Assembly (NCBI GenBank): GCA_965153355.1
Contig: OZ231126.1
Span: 8,680,001 to 8,744,000, forward strand
Reading direction: 5' to 3'
From: Flaccisagitta enflata
Lineage: Eukaryota
Length of the DNA: 64,000 bases
Made by a program: the position numbers and the translations under genes. Position 1 is the stretch's first letter. Every line of letters begins with the position of its first letter. This document shows, in pieces, positions 10,754 through 26,627 of this stretch. The notes under the pieces were generated by a model. The model ran no database searches and had not been told where the DNA came from. It saw nothing but the letters and a program-made list of their open reading frames with translations.

Positions 10754-13683
10754 CAGTACGATGGGAGCAATGAGTAGCTGTCCTGAAATAAAAAAAAAGT
10801 CGCGATTTTGTTCAGGACACGGTAAAGGATAAAACAGCTCAAGTGATGGTTTTTCTGAAAGCTGATGGGCCAGAGAGTTGCGTGAATATAGTTATGATCC
10901 TCTAGCTGTAACTATTGACCATAAAGAAAAAAATACTATCATCTCCCCAGTCTCGAACCTGCACCCTAGGAAAGAAAATCTTATCCCAAGTTCAGCACGC
11001 TAACAATAAAGCTATCGCGCCACAGGCAATTTGACAAGGTTAGTCGTACTTTTAACATAATTCAGTTTGCACGACTTAGCTCCCAGACGACGCCGCGTAA
11101 ATACGTCTTGTTTGATCGGCTTCGGCGGAGATTTTATTCCTGGCATACTTTCCTTCATAAAATGGCTCAAACTCATCGTAGAAACATTTTTAAAAAAAGG
11201 AATTAAAGAGTTTTTCGAGGGCTTTCGAATAGTGTTGGTTCGATACATTTTGATTTCATAACGAGCAAAACGTCCATTTTAGATATAAACCTTCACTCGT
11301 GAAATTCATCGAAGTTTTTTGATATGTTTGCCAGTCATGACTACCTTGAATAATTGTCAGTGAGCGGTCTGATGTGTAAATATTACAAGTTTAAAATTTC
11401 ACACAGATATCTCTTACCGTTCGAAATTTATAAACATTTTTAATAAGTGTGAAAGTAGAAACCGCGCGGCGATCTTTCATCCCCGCGCAGTTCGCAACTT
11501 AGTTTCCTGAACTTACGCGATCGACATGAAAGCTGTACCATTCTCTCGGACATTATTGAAGTCAGGATTTAATAAAACAAGGCCGGATACAGCGGATACA
11601 CAGCTACCGAAGCCGCGTGCGGGTGGGCAGGGGCCATACTTGAGGTCTCCAGACCATTTGGGCAGGAGCATGGAGGTCATAGTAATAAAATCATAAAAAA
11701 GATAAAGTGTGACCAACCGACCAACCGACTGACGGACAAAGCGGGTTGTAGAGTCGCGTGCAGGCGACTAAAAATATTCATAACTAACAAAAAATTCATG
11801 ATAGAATCATGAGATTTAACACACACCATTCTCCCAACATAGTGCCTACCCATGAAACAAATCAAGTTCATAGAACAAACAGAGCGGATTCTAGGTCAAT
11901 GTCTACCCATTTTCTTGTACATATAAAACGTGAACTGATTCAGTGTTTTGGCATTTTAGAGGCGCTATTGCATCTTTGTCAGCGCTCGCTGCCAGTGCGC
12001 ACTGTTAGGTGTTAGCCAACAACGAACTCATCTGGTCAGCTGTAGCGATGCGGCCTCAGTCTGAAGCAGCAGCAACAGCAGCAGCATTAGACCAAATATT
12101 CGGCGCAGCTTGTAAGCAGCAGTCAATGTAAGAGGAGCGCAGGGGAAAAAAGTTGGAGATATTCCGTTAGCGAATTATGGGATGTTCATGAACGGGATAT
12201 GAAGGCATGCTCATAAACAGTCTAATAGAAAAATTAATCAATCTATAAAAATAGCTATCATTAAATAATTTTGATAATAAAGGGTAAATAGTGTGTGTCC
12301 ATAAATGAACAATAAAATTCATTCCTAAACTTATATTGTTATTACTAAGAAGTAACATTCTTTACTTTTAAAAAAAAATTTTTATGTCAATTTTCTGATG
12401 TTTTTGAATAAAGATTGTTGAGTTATATAATTTTCTTTCATTAATTTTTTCAAAGATTTTTAGTCGCGTGGTACGCGACTCTACAACCCGCTTTATTGGT
12501 CCATCCGTCCGTTTGTTGGTCTGTCAATATTTTCTAGAGTTTTATTTTCAGTCTTTAACCTCACTGCTCCTACCCAAATGATGAAGCAACCTCAAATATA
12601 GCCCCTGCCCACCTGTACGCCACTTAGATAGCCGTGTATCCAGCCTTGTTATAATGAAATTCTTGTTTGAATAAAATTTTTTAAAAAAGATCTTTAATGA
12701 AAAGTTCATAATAAAAAAATTTTTTGCAATGAAAATAAATAAAAATAAAATCAATGATCAATTAAATTATCCGTAAACAAACATTTTTTTTTTTTTTGCT
12801 ATTTATAAATATGCTTTTGTTTAGCTTTTTATAAAAAAACTGTTTACTTAAATATTGTTGTTACATATTTATAAATACAGTTGAACCCCGCTATAACGGA
12901 CCCAAGAGTAACGGAAAATCCGCCTATAACAGATCTAAGAACTTGGTTCCTGTATGTCAATTTTTTTTAATTTCTATATCGGCAATAAGGGAAATCCGCC
13001 TATAGTGAGTAAAATTTGTTAGTCCCTTGACATCCATTATTGCGGGGTTTAACTGTAGTCAAATAAAATATTGTTCATGAACACCCCTACATTTGCTGAC
13101 ATATTACCTGCACCTTATGTCAACGACGAAGGGGTTGAATAATTTCCAGCTTTTTTTAGTTTGTCTTTGATCCGCTCCTGTCCTTGTCGTGCAAATGTGA
13201 TCGACATGAAACAACACTGTTTGATAGATCTTTTAAAACCCTTTAATTCCTTTTTTTTTTAAAGTTTCTACGATAATTTTAAGCCATTTTATGAAATAAA
13301 ACATGCAAGAGATAAAAATCTTCGGCGAAGCCAAACGAACGAAACTAATTCTCGTAATATCGAGCTCAGGGTGAGACACACCAAGTCAGTTAAAACAAAA
13401 CCAACGATTGGCACTTTCCAATAACCCGCGGCGCGGTAGCTTTATTGGTAGCGCGTTGAACTTGGGATGAGAATTTTCTCTTCTAAGTAGCGGATTCGAA
13501 ACTGAACGGGTGATGGACTTTTTTTCTTTTTGGTCAACAGTTACAGCTAGAGTCATATAACTGTATTCACGCAATGCTCTGACCCACTAGCTTTCAGGAA
13601 AACCATTGCACGAGCCACTTCAGTGAAATACGGAAGCAGGAAATGACCCTCTTTCTGAGGAGCTCATTGCTCCCATCGTACTG
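10754..13683. mobile_element. ~2.9-kb fold-back element with ~500-bp imperfect inverted arms containing a tRNA-like segment
   Basis: TA|CAGTACGATGGGAGCAATGAG at left and CTCATTGCTCCCATCGTACTG|TA at right. 10835-11260 is the reverse complement of ~13190-13620. Weak inverted similarity continues to about 10680 and 13780, so the termini are uncertain. Confidence 0.7.
12878..13055. mobile_element. Tc1/mariner (pogo-like) MITE
   Basis: TA|CAGTTGAACCCCGCTATAACGGA ... TCCATTATTGCGGGGTTTAACTG|TA. Degenerate relatives near 29360, 37860-38010 and 48680-48750. Confidence 0.8.
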
Positions 13684-14125
13684 TAGTTAGCTAGTTATTC
13701 ACCGTGTCCTGAAATAAAAAAAAAAAGTCGCGATTTTGTTCAGGACACGGTAAAGGATAAAACCGATCTACTGGCAAATCACGTTTGTTTACAACTCAAT
13801 CCAGGACCGTACAGGCCTTTGATTCTAATGATTTGGCGGGTGGCTTCATGAAACACATGATGATATTGATAATTTTTACATGCCATTAAGATTTTACTTT
13901 TGTCAGTTCACAACATAAACGATTAAGTTTTTATTATACCTTTAATTCAAACTCACAGTTTTCCAAATCAACTAAGTTATGCGAGAGCAGTAATTGTAAA
14001 ACTACAATATGCAAATGATATCAATGCTGACTGCAATTACCAGCAACTCTATTTCAATCTTCTCCTTCTTCTGTTTCTTCTTCTTCTTCTTCTTCTTCTT
14101 CTTCTTCTTTTTCTTCTTCTTTTTC

Positions 14126-15197
14126 TTTTTGGGCAGCGGCCCCGAAGGGGCCGATGACCTATGCTTTCACATGGGGGGAAATTTCTCCTTTTCCTTCAGT
14201 GTACCCCCCCCCCCCGCTCTTGGGGCTCAAATCCCAGTCTGGAGGCTCAAATCCCAGTCTGGAGGCTCAAATCCCAGTCTCGAGGCTCAAATCCCAGTCT
14301 CGATACTCATATCCCAATCTCAAGGCTTTAATCCCAATCTCAAGGCTCAAATCCCAAACTCAAGGCTTTCATCAGGGTAAAATTGGGTCGGAACTTTTAA
14401 AAAACTTTTTTTAATTTTATGTTAAATAAAAGTGAAATATTCGCACAATAAAAGCTACTTTAATTTTCTAAAGTAAATCAACCAAACGCCAGTGATAAAA
14501 ATTAGTTTGGCGCCTTAAAAGACATCGATACCACAATTTTTTTCACCTATCTTAAATCATATGATCATGAGCCACTATACTATGCGAGTTGACCGTGATT
14601 GCAGGGGTATTGATTCCATGAGGGTATTTCTATGAAAAAAACGCTTCAGTAAAAGTTGTCTCCTGACCCTCTGAGTTCACGAGAGAAATACCTTTTCAAA
14701 CTCCTTGGCGACATTGTAGTTACTTTCTTGATGAAGCACCAAATGTCTGAAGCATGCTGGTTTTACTTTTTGTAAGTTCTTTTTATGTTTTATCCAACGA
14801 AAAAAAAAAATCTGAAGCTTTTGGCGTCAAATCTTACTTATTCTGTATGCGATTTTAGAAACACACTCTTCTATACAACATGAATCCCAATCTCATGGCT
14901 CAAATCCCAAACTCAAGGCTCAAATCCCAGTTTTGAGGCTCAAATCCCAGTCTTGAGGCTCAAATCTCAGTCTTGAGGCTCAAATCCCAGTCTCAAAGCT
15001 CAAATCCTAGCCTCAAGGCTTAAATCCCAGCCCCGAGGGTCACATCCCAGACTGAAGGCTCACATCCCAGCTGCAGTAAAAACAGCATAGGTCATCGGCC
15101 CCTTCGGGGCCGCTGCCCCACTAACCACCTCACACCCACATGAACTCACATAGGGGCATCGGGTACCGCTGACCATCTAACGCTTTTGCGACTATTT
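14126..15197 (+). mobile_element. Helentron-like element family E with asymmetric 34-bp inverted repeat and 21-bp internal tandem array. Other copies: ~24975-25440(-), ~31660-32150(-), 41255-41527(+), 45224-45795(+), ~49705-49988(-), 55338-55843(+)
   Basis: IR GGGCAGCGGCCCCGAAGGGGCCGATGACCTATGC (14131-14164) pairs with 15085-15118. The element extends about 80 bp past the right IR to GGGTACCGCTGACCATCTAACGCTTTTGCGACT. The array unit is GGCTCAAATCCCAGTCTYGA. Confidence 0.7.
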
Positions 15198-15561
15198 CTC
15201 CTCCTTCTTCTTCTATCATTGGGACCTGCCGACATCTCCCTTTCCCTGCCGAGAAGCGGCGCTGCTCGCTGCTCCAAAATCTAGAGGCCTGGAGAGAGGT
15301 AGTGGCAGCGGGGTTGGAGGCATCGGCCGCTGCAGATGTCGTTATATAAAACGGCCTCTTTTATTTTCGCAAACTTTTGAAATGGTCTTTAACTCTTTTT
15401 TCTTAATGTCTGTATGCGTTCTTGTACTTCCGCCTCTGGCTCTGGCTCTCTCTTTCTTGTATCGTTCAAACTGTTCTTCGTAGAGTCTGTCTGACTAAAC
15501 GTCTGTCTGTGTGTCTCTGTCTGTCTGTATGTCTTTGTCTGCCATTTGCTCTGTCTCTGTC

Positions 15562-15620
<59 letters not shown>

Positions 15621-16001
15621 CTCTCTCACATGGTAGAAAAATGCTGATTATTCACAATCAGAATATCAATCTTTCGATGAATTATTTCGGATTAGAGACA
15701 AAAAAAATCATTTCCTGTTTTTCTTTCTCTCTTTTTTTTCAGATGAAAAAGCGATAAACATTTTGGATTACAGCGTAAAAAGAACCGGGAATTACATCTA
15801 AATCTGACTGAATAAATTTTAAAAAAGGAACCATGATCAAACTCACGAACAAAGAGACAAAAAATCAACTCCAAATAAAAATCGTCATGTGGGAGCTGTA
15901 AGTTGCCATTAATTCAGAATAACAAATTGCATCAACGAAAAGAGTGATATTGGAGGATTATGCAATCATTACATCAAAGATGTCATTGCTGTCTTGTCAA
16001 C

Positions 16002-16129
16002 TAGGGATGTGGAAGCGATGAACCGCTTCCATTTTGGTGGGTTTGATAGCTACATTAGAACAACAAAATCGAAGCAAAAGGCCGAGAGCCGTGGAAGCGG
16101 CATGAAAAACGACCGTTTCCACATCCCTA
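16002..16129. mobile_element. 128-bp hAT-type MITE
   Basis: TIR TAGGGATGTGGAAGCG / CGTTTCCACATCCCTA. 8-bp TSD TTGTCAAC / ATGTCAAC (7 of 8 match). Confidence 0.8.
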
Positions 16130-16564
16130 ATGTCAACGCATTCCAAGTTTTCCCTCTGACGACATTGTTTGACAGTTCAGGCTTTTTTTGCCGGGGTGAT
16201 TGCACCCTCGCTTCATTGCAGTCATTGCAGTTATTGCGGCCATTGCAGCCATGGCGGCCATTACAGCCATTGTAGTCGATGTGAATACGCTAAAGCCAGG
16301 TGCGTCCATACGCAAAAGATTTTTTGATTGGATCTTCATTATCAGGACATAATGGGATGCTAATCTTAAGATGCCATTTTTTCCATATTTTATTGATCTT
16401 CATTCTTTATCTAAATCCTTATTCAGCCTCTGATTTTATTTACTCTCTGATGATGATGAGCTGATCAAAAGACCTTTTGTATATTGACACAACCGAATGT
16501 TATAACGATTTGTGTTTACTGTCGATGCAATATCCTCTGAACATCAACATGGATGTCATAGCAA

Positions 16565-16855
16565 CCACGGCCTATATACCAACGTCATTACAGTCTGACG
16601 TCATGGCGACGGCCTGTATAGTCTGACATCATTACAGACTGACATGACATCACGGCCTGCATAGTCTGACATCGTTACAGTCTGACATGACTTCACGGCC
16701 TGTATAGTCTGACATCATTACAGTCTGACATGACGTCACAGCCTGTATATTCTGACTTCACAACAGTCTGACATGACGTCATGGCCTGTATAGTCTGACA
16801 TCGTTACAATCTGACATGACGTCACGGCATGTATTCTGACGTCTTTGCATCTGAC
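16565..16855. repeat. 43-bp minisatellite (CACGGCCTGTATAGTCTGACATCRTTACAGTCTGACATGACGT)
   Basis: CACGGCC/CACAGCC recurs at 16651, 16694 and 16737. Confidence 0.9.
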
Positions 16856-16954
16856 ATTCATGGTGCAAACTCCAATGTCAATTTCCCACGATGTTGTAAG
16901 CCGTCACTCAACTCCACAGGGGAACTCAGCTGGGGCTCAGGTTGCGTAGCAAAT

Positions 16955-18278
<1,324 letters not shown>

Positions 18279-18397
18279 AGTGAGAAATTGTCGAGGAAGA
18301 AAAACTTTCTCTTTTCCAACTGTCATTATAGATGAGTGTCAACGACACTATCAACTTAGGGACACAATGGTATCTGAGATGCGATTGATTGACAGAC

Positions 18398-18440
<43 letters not shown>

Positions 18441-18591
18441 AAGTCTGCCTGTCTGTCTATCAGGTTTCTGCCTTTGTGACTTTCTGCCATGACAGAGGCC
18501 TATGTAGAACCAAAGGGCCAGGATCTGAAAGAGCCTTGCAACGGCAACGAACCCCATTAACTACCGCCTGAATAATGAACTTTTTACGTTA

Positions 18592-19202
18592 CTATCTAGG
18601 AAATAATTATGGAATCAAAAAGGTTGCGATTTGTTTTATCAACCAAATTCTGTTCAAACCATGAAAATGATCGTATAAGCATTTCATGTGACATTTTTGT
18701 TAACTAATACCTTCAGTTTTTCTAGCTGGGAGGCGGTTGATAAAGATTTTCACACAGTTTAGTAGGGTCTTGTTCTGCTATCTGTGAGTGGTTATTGCCA
18801 GTTAATCATTTAATGGAGAGTTTCCATAGTTTTGCTTGTCATTTCTAAACGGTTAAAGCCACAGCAACCAAATTGCGCTCATCTGGAAGATTTTTCGATG
18901 TAGATTAATTTGCTTTTTTGAAAAAAGTTATTTGTCTTTCTAGAAGCGGAGATATCTCAAATTTAAGATAACCCTAATTTTTTTGTTCAATCATTTTCAT
19001 TTTTTTCCGACCATTTTGAAATTGAAAGTTTTCACTCTTTTGTCCGTCATTTCTAAACGGTTTGAGCTACAGAGACCAGATTGGACTCATCTTGAAGATT
19101 TTTTGACGTAGATTAATCTGCTTTTTTAAAAAAGTTATTTAGCTTTTTAAGAAGCCAAGATATCCATGGTAGAAGTTGATTCCATAATCATTTCCTAGTT
19201 AG
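18592..19202. mobile_element. TA-flanked MITE with CTATCT termini
   Basis: TA|CTATCTAGGAAATAATTATGGAATCAA ... TTGATTCCATAATCATTTCCTAGTTAG|TA, with an internal ~205-bp tandem duplication. Confidence 0.8.
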
Positions 19203-20086
19203 TACTTTTCATACGAAACGCCATCTCGTTGCAAAGTGAAAAGATTCTAGAATTGAATCAATCATGATTGATTATAATTGTTGCCATTGGGTGTTCTCAT
19301 GGTCATAAAATACAAACATTATTTGACACTGAGAATGTTTCTTTTCTTGGTTAAGAAAGTTTAATGGTTTGTATGAAACATAAAACTGCCATATGTTTAT
19401 GAGGATTTCATCCACCAATTTAGAGATTCGAGAAGTTGGAATCATCTGCCGCAAATTTGTCAAATTTTCACATTTGCAGAAAGTTTTCCCTTCTTTCTGT
19501 CTTCCTCTCTTTCTTTCATTTCCTTTCACACTCTCTCACTCTCTCTTTTCTCTTATTCACACTTTTTCTCTGTTTTCTCTTTTTATCGTTTTCCCTTTAT
19601 CACTCAATCAGCCCCCGTCCAAATCTGCCGAACTTTGGCGCAAGTCTGCCACGTAGAATTGCTGATATTTGATAATATGCTAATAGCTAATAAATGATAG
19701 CATTGCTAATAAGTAATATGCCACACAGAATCAGCCTGTAATATTCAAAATGAACACTTCCACACATGCCCCCCCCCCTCTTATGATGCAGTATTTACAG
19801 CACTGTTGCAATCTTGAATAACGTGTTCTTCTTTGTTTTGTTCTCTTTGTACTCTCCATCATCTACCTTTTTCCCTCCCGAAAATAATCCCGCCTCACGA
19901 ATGATGTTGTTGCCAAGGGTAACAAGATTAGCCTCACAAATGATGTTGTTACTAAGGGTAACTAGATCAGCTTTCGGAAGCTTCAGCCCCATAAAGCCAC
20001 GCGGGGACATCTTGTTTCCTAGATACAGACCCATTCCCCATTTCGATTATTTGGGACTGACAATAAAAGTCTCTCTCTCTCTCTCT

Positions 20087-20130
<44 letters not shown>

Positions 20131-21384
20131 AGTGTATTCGTGTGTGTGTGTCCTTCACTACCTTGTCGCGCATAAACAAACTTTAGCACCATCACGGAAT
20201 GCTCTGTGTGGAGAAGTCAAGTCGTTGACTTGCTTCTCCTCATCTTCTAGCTCGTATTGCTTCCCTTTATCCTGCTTCTTCTCCTCCTTCCTTTCCTTCA
20301 TCCCTCTTGTCCTTCTTCTTCTAACTCTTCTCTCTTTCCTCTATCCTTCTTCTCCTCCTTCCTTTCATTCCCTTCTTTTTCCAAATCTTCTTCTTCTTCT
20401 TCTTCTTTTTCTTCTTCTTCTTCTTCTTCTTCTTCTTCTTCTTTTTCTTTTTCTTTTTCTTCTTCTTCTTCTTCTTCTTCTTCTTCTTCTTCTTCTTTTT
20501 CTTCTTCTTCCCCTTTATCCTCCCCCTCTTCATTTTCTTCTTCCTCTTCTTCTCCTCCATCCTCGCCTTGTTGAGTCTCTGACGCCCAAGTTAGTTTCCT
20601 CCTGACTCTGAGCAATCATAAATATTTGCTGGGTTTCCCATCAGCAATAAATCGGGAAACAGCTTGGTTGATAGAGTCAAAGTAGTGCACGCAACTCAAC
20701 TGTCTACTTCCCCCTGATGGTCCGTCAGTCCAACAATCTGATGACCCAGTAGGCCATTAATCGTACGGCTAGAATGTCTGTATCCCTTTCACTTTTTGGA
20801 CAAGAATGTAACGGGTTGAACTAGAATAAGAAAAAAACCTGGCCCTTCATCTAAATGAAATAAGAAACCGTTTTTGCTTGTTGGTCATTTTTATAAGGTT
20901 ATCACACTCAACTGATTCGCGAAGTGAAATCCTGGGCTTAAATCCATCCTTAAATGGATATCCCTTGATTTAGAGCTTACATATAAGAATTAGTCATAGC
21001 GACAAGCAACTTAAAAAATAAAATTGATAGATTTCAACTAAAGGATTTTCATCCGAAAGAATAACTACTTCGCGATTTACAATTAAACAAAGTAAGTGTG
21101 TTATGTATCTTAAATCAGTAGGCTTGTCTATTACTCTCTTTTTGTATAAAGTAGCATCAGCCAAGTGATTGATTTCTAAGCGTCATTGCCCCTGACCAAC
21201 CGTATGTGTTGATTATTATTGGTTAAGTGGTTGTATATCTGGGCCTGTTTCTCATGAGTCCAACCTCTTTGTTTTGATAAGACCCGCTTTGGTTTAACCT
21301 AAAGATTTTAGGACAATCATGGGGAAAATATGGTTGGTCTTTTAACTCACGAATTCAAAGCTTGAACCCCCTATTAGACATTCA

Positions 21385-22930
<1,546 letters not shown>

Positions 22931-23981
22931 AACAAAGTGGAGTTAAGGGAAACAAGGTCGGATACATGGCTACCGAAGTCGTGTGGGGGTTGGCAGGTAC
23001 AGTGCTAGAAAAGGCTAACTTAAGCCTTTGGGCAGGAGCAATAACGAAAAGACACCCAAGAAGCTGGAAAAGCAAACGGCGACCGACCGACCGACAGACC
23101 GACAGACCGACCGACATGGCGGGTCATAGAGTCACGTAGCAGGCGACTAAAAAGGCAGTAACAAAGAAAACAAGAAATTGAGAAACATTTCCTCGTGCCT
23201 TGCAAATAACGTCATGCAGCGCAATGGTGATGTCATGCAAAGCAACGGTGATGTCACGCAGAGGTCATGGTGATATCACGCTGAGCCATGGTAACGTCAA
23301 GCAGAGAAAATGGCGACATGGCAAGAGTCGTTAATTGCCATCCATCTTATACTTTAGTATAGGTGAGTTAAAAAGCTGCAATGACGAAATAACGAAACTG
23401 AAATATCTATGACAATGTTACGACGTATATGATTTTTTGAAGCTCTGGTACAATTTCCTTCTCATAAGGAACAGCAGCCGACGCCTCAACTGGCCAGACA
23501 AGTACCTATCTAACTATCATAATTGGTATTGATCCATAGGTATGCAGTCAAGCTGATAGTTTTGCCAGGTAAGCATTTTGTTCGTCAATAGTTAAAGATA
23601 GTTGTCAGCAATCCGGACTAAACACCATTGAAAGCTTGCAAGGCTTTCGTCCTTTTCTGGCCTCCTTTTGTAAAGGCAATGTTGTTTCTACTTTCATAGA
23701 GAGTCATAAACAATAGCGTATTTCAAAAAGTTTTACCAAATAAAATTCCTTTGCCTTATTAACAAGGTCGGATACTCGGCTACCCTATGCGCGTGCGAAT
23801 GGGCAAGAGCAGTGATAGAGAAGGTAACTGGGGTATTTTGGGCAGGAGCAGTGAGCTAAAAAACGCTCAAAAACACCAAAAAAAGTAAAAAGGGGACCAA
23901 CCAACCAACCGACCGAGATCAACCAATAGACGGACAGAGCGGGGTGTAGAGCCGCGTAGTTTGCGACTAAAAATCCTCCTA

Positions 23982-24573
23982 CAGGGTGTTTCATGCCAAA
24001 TTAGATATAAGAAAACGATGCCATTCTGCTTCTAAAAATGCAAAAATAGTTCTGAAAAAAAAAGATTCAAAAAGCACTTAAGCTCCGATTTTTTGTGTAA
24101 AAAATTCATGGGTTTGGGTCAAATATTTTGGCCACAACATCAATTTGAAGTAAAATGAGCATTCAAAGGAGAAGCTCTTTTAGCATAATTTTGTTTTTGA
24201 AAGTTCTTCTTTGAAGTGCTCTCATTTCTAAACGGCTGAAGCCACAGATACCAGATTGGTCTCAAATTAAAGACAATTTGATAAGCTTTAATTTGAGACT
24301 AATCTGGCATCTGTAACTCAAGTCGTTTAAAATTGAGAGCACTTAAAAGAAAAACTTTTAAAATCAAAATCATGTTAAAAGAGCTTCTCCTTTAAATGCT
24401 CATTTTACTTCAAATTGATGTTGTGGCCAAAATATTTGACCCAAACCTATGAAATTTTTACACAAAAAATCAGAGCTTAAGTGCTTTTTGGATCTTTTTT
24501 CAGAACTGTTTTTGCATTTTTAGAAGCAAAATAGCATCGTTTTCTTATATCTAGTTTGGCATGAAACACCATG
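23982..24573. mobile_element. Near-perfect 592-bp palindromic Tc1/mariner-type MITE
   Basis: TA|CAGGGTGTTTCATGCCAAATTAGATATAAGAAAACGATG ... CATCGTTTTCTTATATCTAGTTTGGCATGAAACACCATG|TA. The arms pair through to the centre. Confidence 0.9.
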
Positions 24574-25903
24574 TATTTAGTGGTCAGTAATTAGCCTAGG
24601 AATTCGGGCTTTTAATTTCCATGTATATTTTTTCAGGTCGTTAACGACAAAATTAGCTTATACAAGTGTTATAAATGTTATACTTACAGATTCAACATTA
24701 CAGATGTGTTACAGGGCTACATGTACAACATTTCTATACCACAGTTTCGTTGTATCCACAAACGGTAGTGCACTTTTTTTTACCTTGAACTCATCAAGAC
24801 AAGTCATTCAAATTGACACCAACCTTGACAGGCAAAGCCGTTAGAGGTCCGACCTTGTTCTCTTTGGGTCCATTGCTGACAGCGAGAATGTGAAAAGAGT
24901 ACAAGTTTATAAGGACAAAGCGCGTGCGTCAGAAGTTTGAAACGATGAAAACAGAAGGACAATTAGTGATACAAGCATCGCAAATGGTCGACGGTACTCG
25001 TTGCCCTGCTCAATTGATGGGGCAAACTAATCATACAAGCATCGCCAATGGTCGATGGTACTCGTTGCCCTGCTTCATTAAAGCGGCATACATGCATTGC
25101 ATATGGTCAGCGGTACTAGTTGCCCTGCTTAATTGATGGGACAGATTAGTGAGGAGAAACCAAGGCAACAGTCAAAGAGGGTTAATTTTCCGTAAAACAC
25201 TTGGCCCGCGTTTAGGCCAGAAAGGGTTGATTTCAAGCCTTGAGGAGCTTATTTCAAGGCTGAGAGAGCTGATTTATGACCCTGGAGGTCTTGTTCCAGG
25301 CCTGAGGGGGCTGATAACCTGTTGTTCTGTATCACAAGGCCATTTTAGCGCATTAAGCATAGAGGAGATGGATGTATCGAATTTAGCCCTTGTGTTCTAC
25401 AGGATATCAACCCCTTGGGGCCGTCCCCCGTGCCTAAAAAGTAAGAGGATAACTTAATGTATACTCAATAATAGCACTTTTACACTTTGTTACATATCTG
25501 TAAATATATGGATCCATTTTACATTACACTTAAGTTAATTGACTTAACTATCATGTGTGAATACAACTTATATAACCGATCAAATTAGTTCTTATAACCA
25601 TAATAATTCTAAAAAAAAAGAGAAGAACAAACATTTGTGAAGTATGGAAGGATAAGATGGATAAGTAGACCGATCCAAAGATAAACTGACGGACAAAATG
25701 TTATGTAGAGTCGCGTTGCAAGCGTCTCAGAAAAAGAAGCCAATAGCCAACCAAAAAATGAGAGGGACGAGAGAAGAGTAGGTAGAAAAGAGAGAGAGAG
25801 AGAGAGAGAGAGATGAGAGACAGGAAAACAGGCAGAGAGACAGAAGGAGACATGCAAAGAATGAGACATTCACATCAGAAAGGGGGGGGGGGAAGAAACA
25901 GCG

Positions 25904-26040
<137 letters not shown>

Positions 26041-26587
26041 TTCCTATCAATGAGATCATTATTCCGGTGATAAGGCGCTGGTTAAGGTGTCAAATCTGAC
26101 CGTTACAGCAAGTTCAAAATTTCAGCATGTTACTGTTAGACTTAGAGCGATGTACGTTATGTTAGTCGCATTTGTAAATTAGTACAATCCTTCGACAGAT
26201 GAGCGAGTTCGTGTCATCTATCCTGTGTAATTGTCAGCAAATCAGTTCAAGTGATGTTAGCTTGCTGTTCAAATCGTTTTATGGTGCTACAATGATCATG
26301 ACACGGTGCCAGCTCCAAATATGCAAAACAAAGCATGTCTCATTCTTTTTTTCTTTTTTCTTTTTTTTTTGGTTTTGTGTGTGTTTGTTTTACTGGAACT
26401 AGGCTGACTAAAGGAGGCGTGCAACTTGCAGAGTCTGACTTGTTATGCAGGAAAGTAGGGAAAGCGAGAGAGAGAGACTTAGCTCTGAGGAAATTAGAAA
26501 TTCAAACTCTCTTGCTTTCTCTTTCTCAGCTTCTTATCTCGACCTAAGTCTAAGTCTCAGACTCGCTGAGTGCGACTTTATACGTTT

Positions 26588-26627
<40 letters not shown>

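Noticed and set aside
13430-13510. Functional tRNA gene
   Set aside because: Only A/B-box-like motifs. I could not form an acceptor stem or full cloverleaf, so it is treated as tRNA-derived repeat sequence.
15340-15352. TATA box (TATATAAAAC) after a GC-rich patch
   Set aside because: No supportable downstream exon or ORF, and the motif is expected by chance.
16565-16855. CRISPR-like appearance of the 43-bp, 34-bp and 33-bp arrays
   Set aside because: Units are contiguous with no unique spacers, the context is eukaryotic, and there are no cas-like ORFs.
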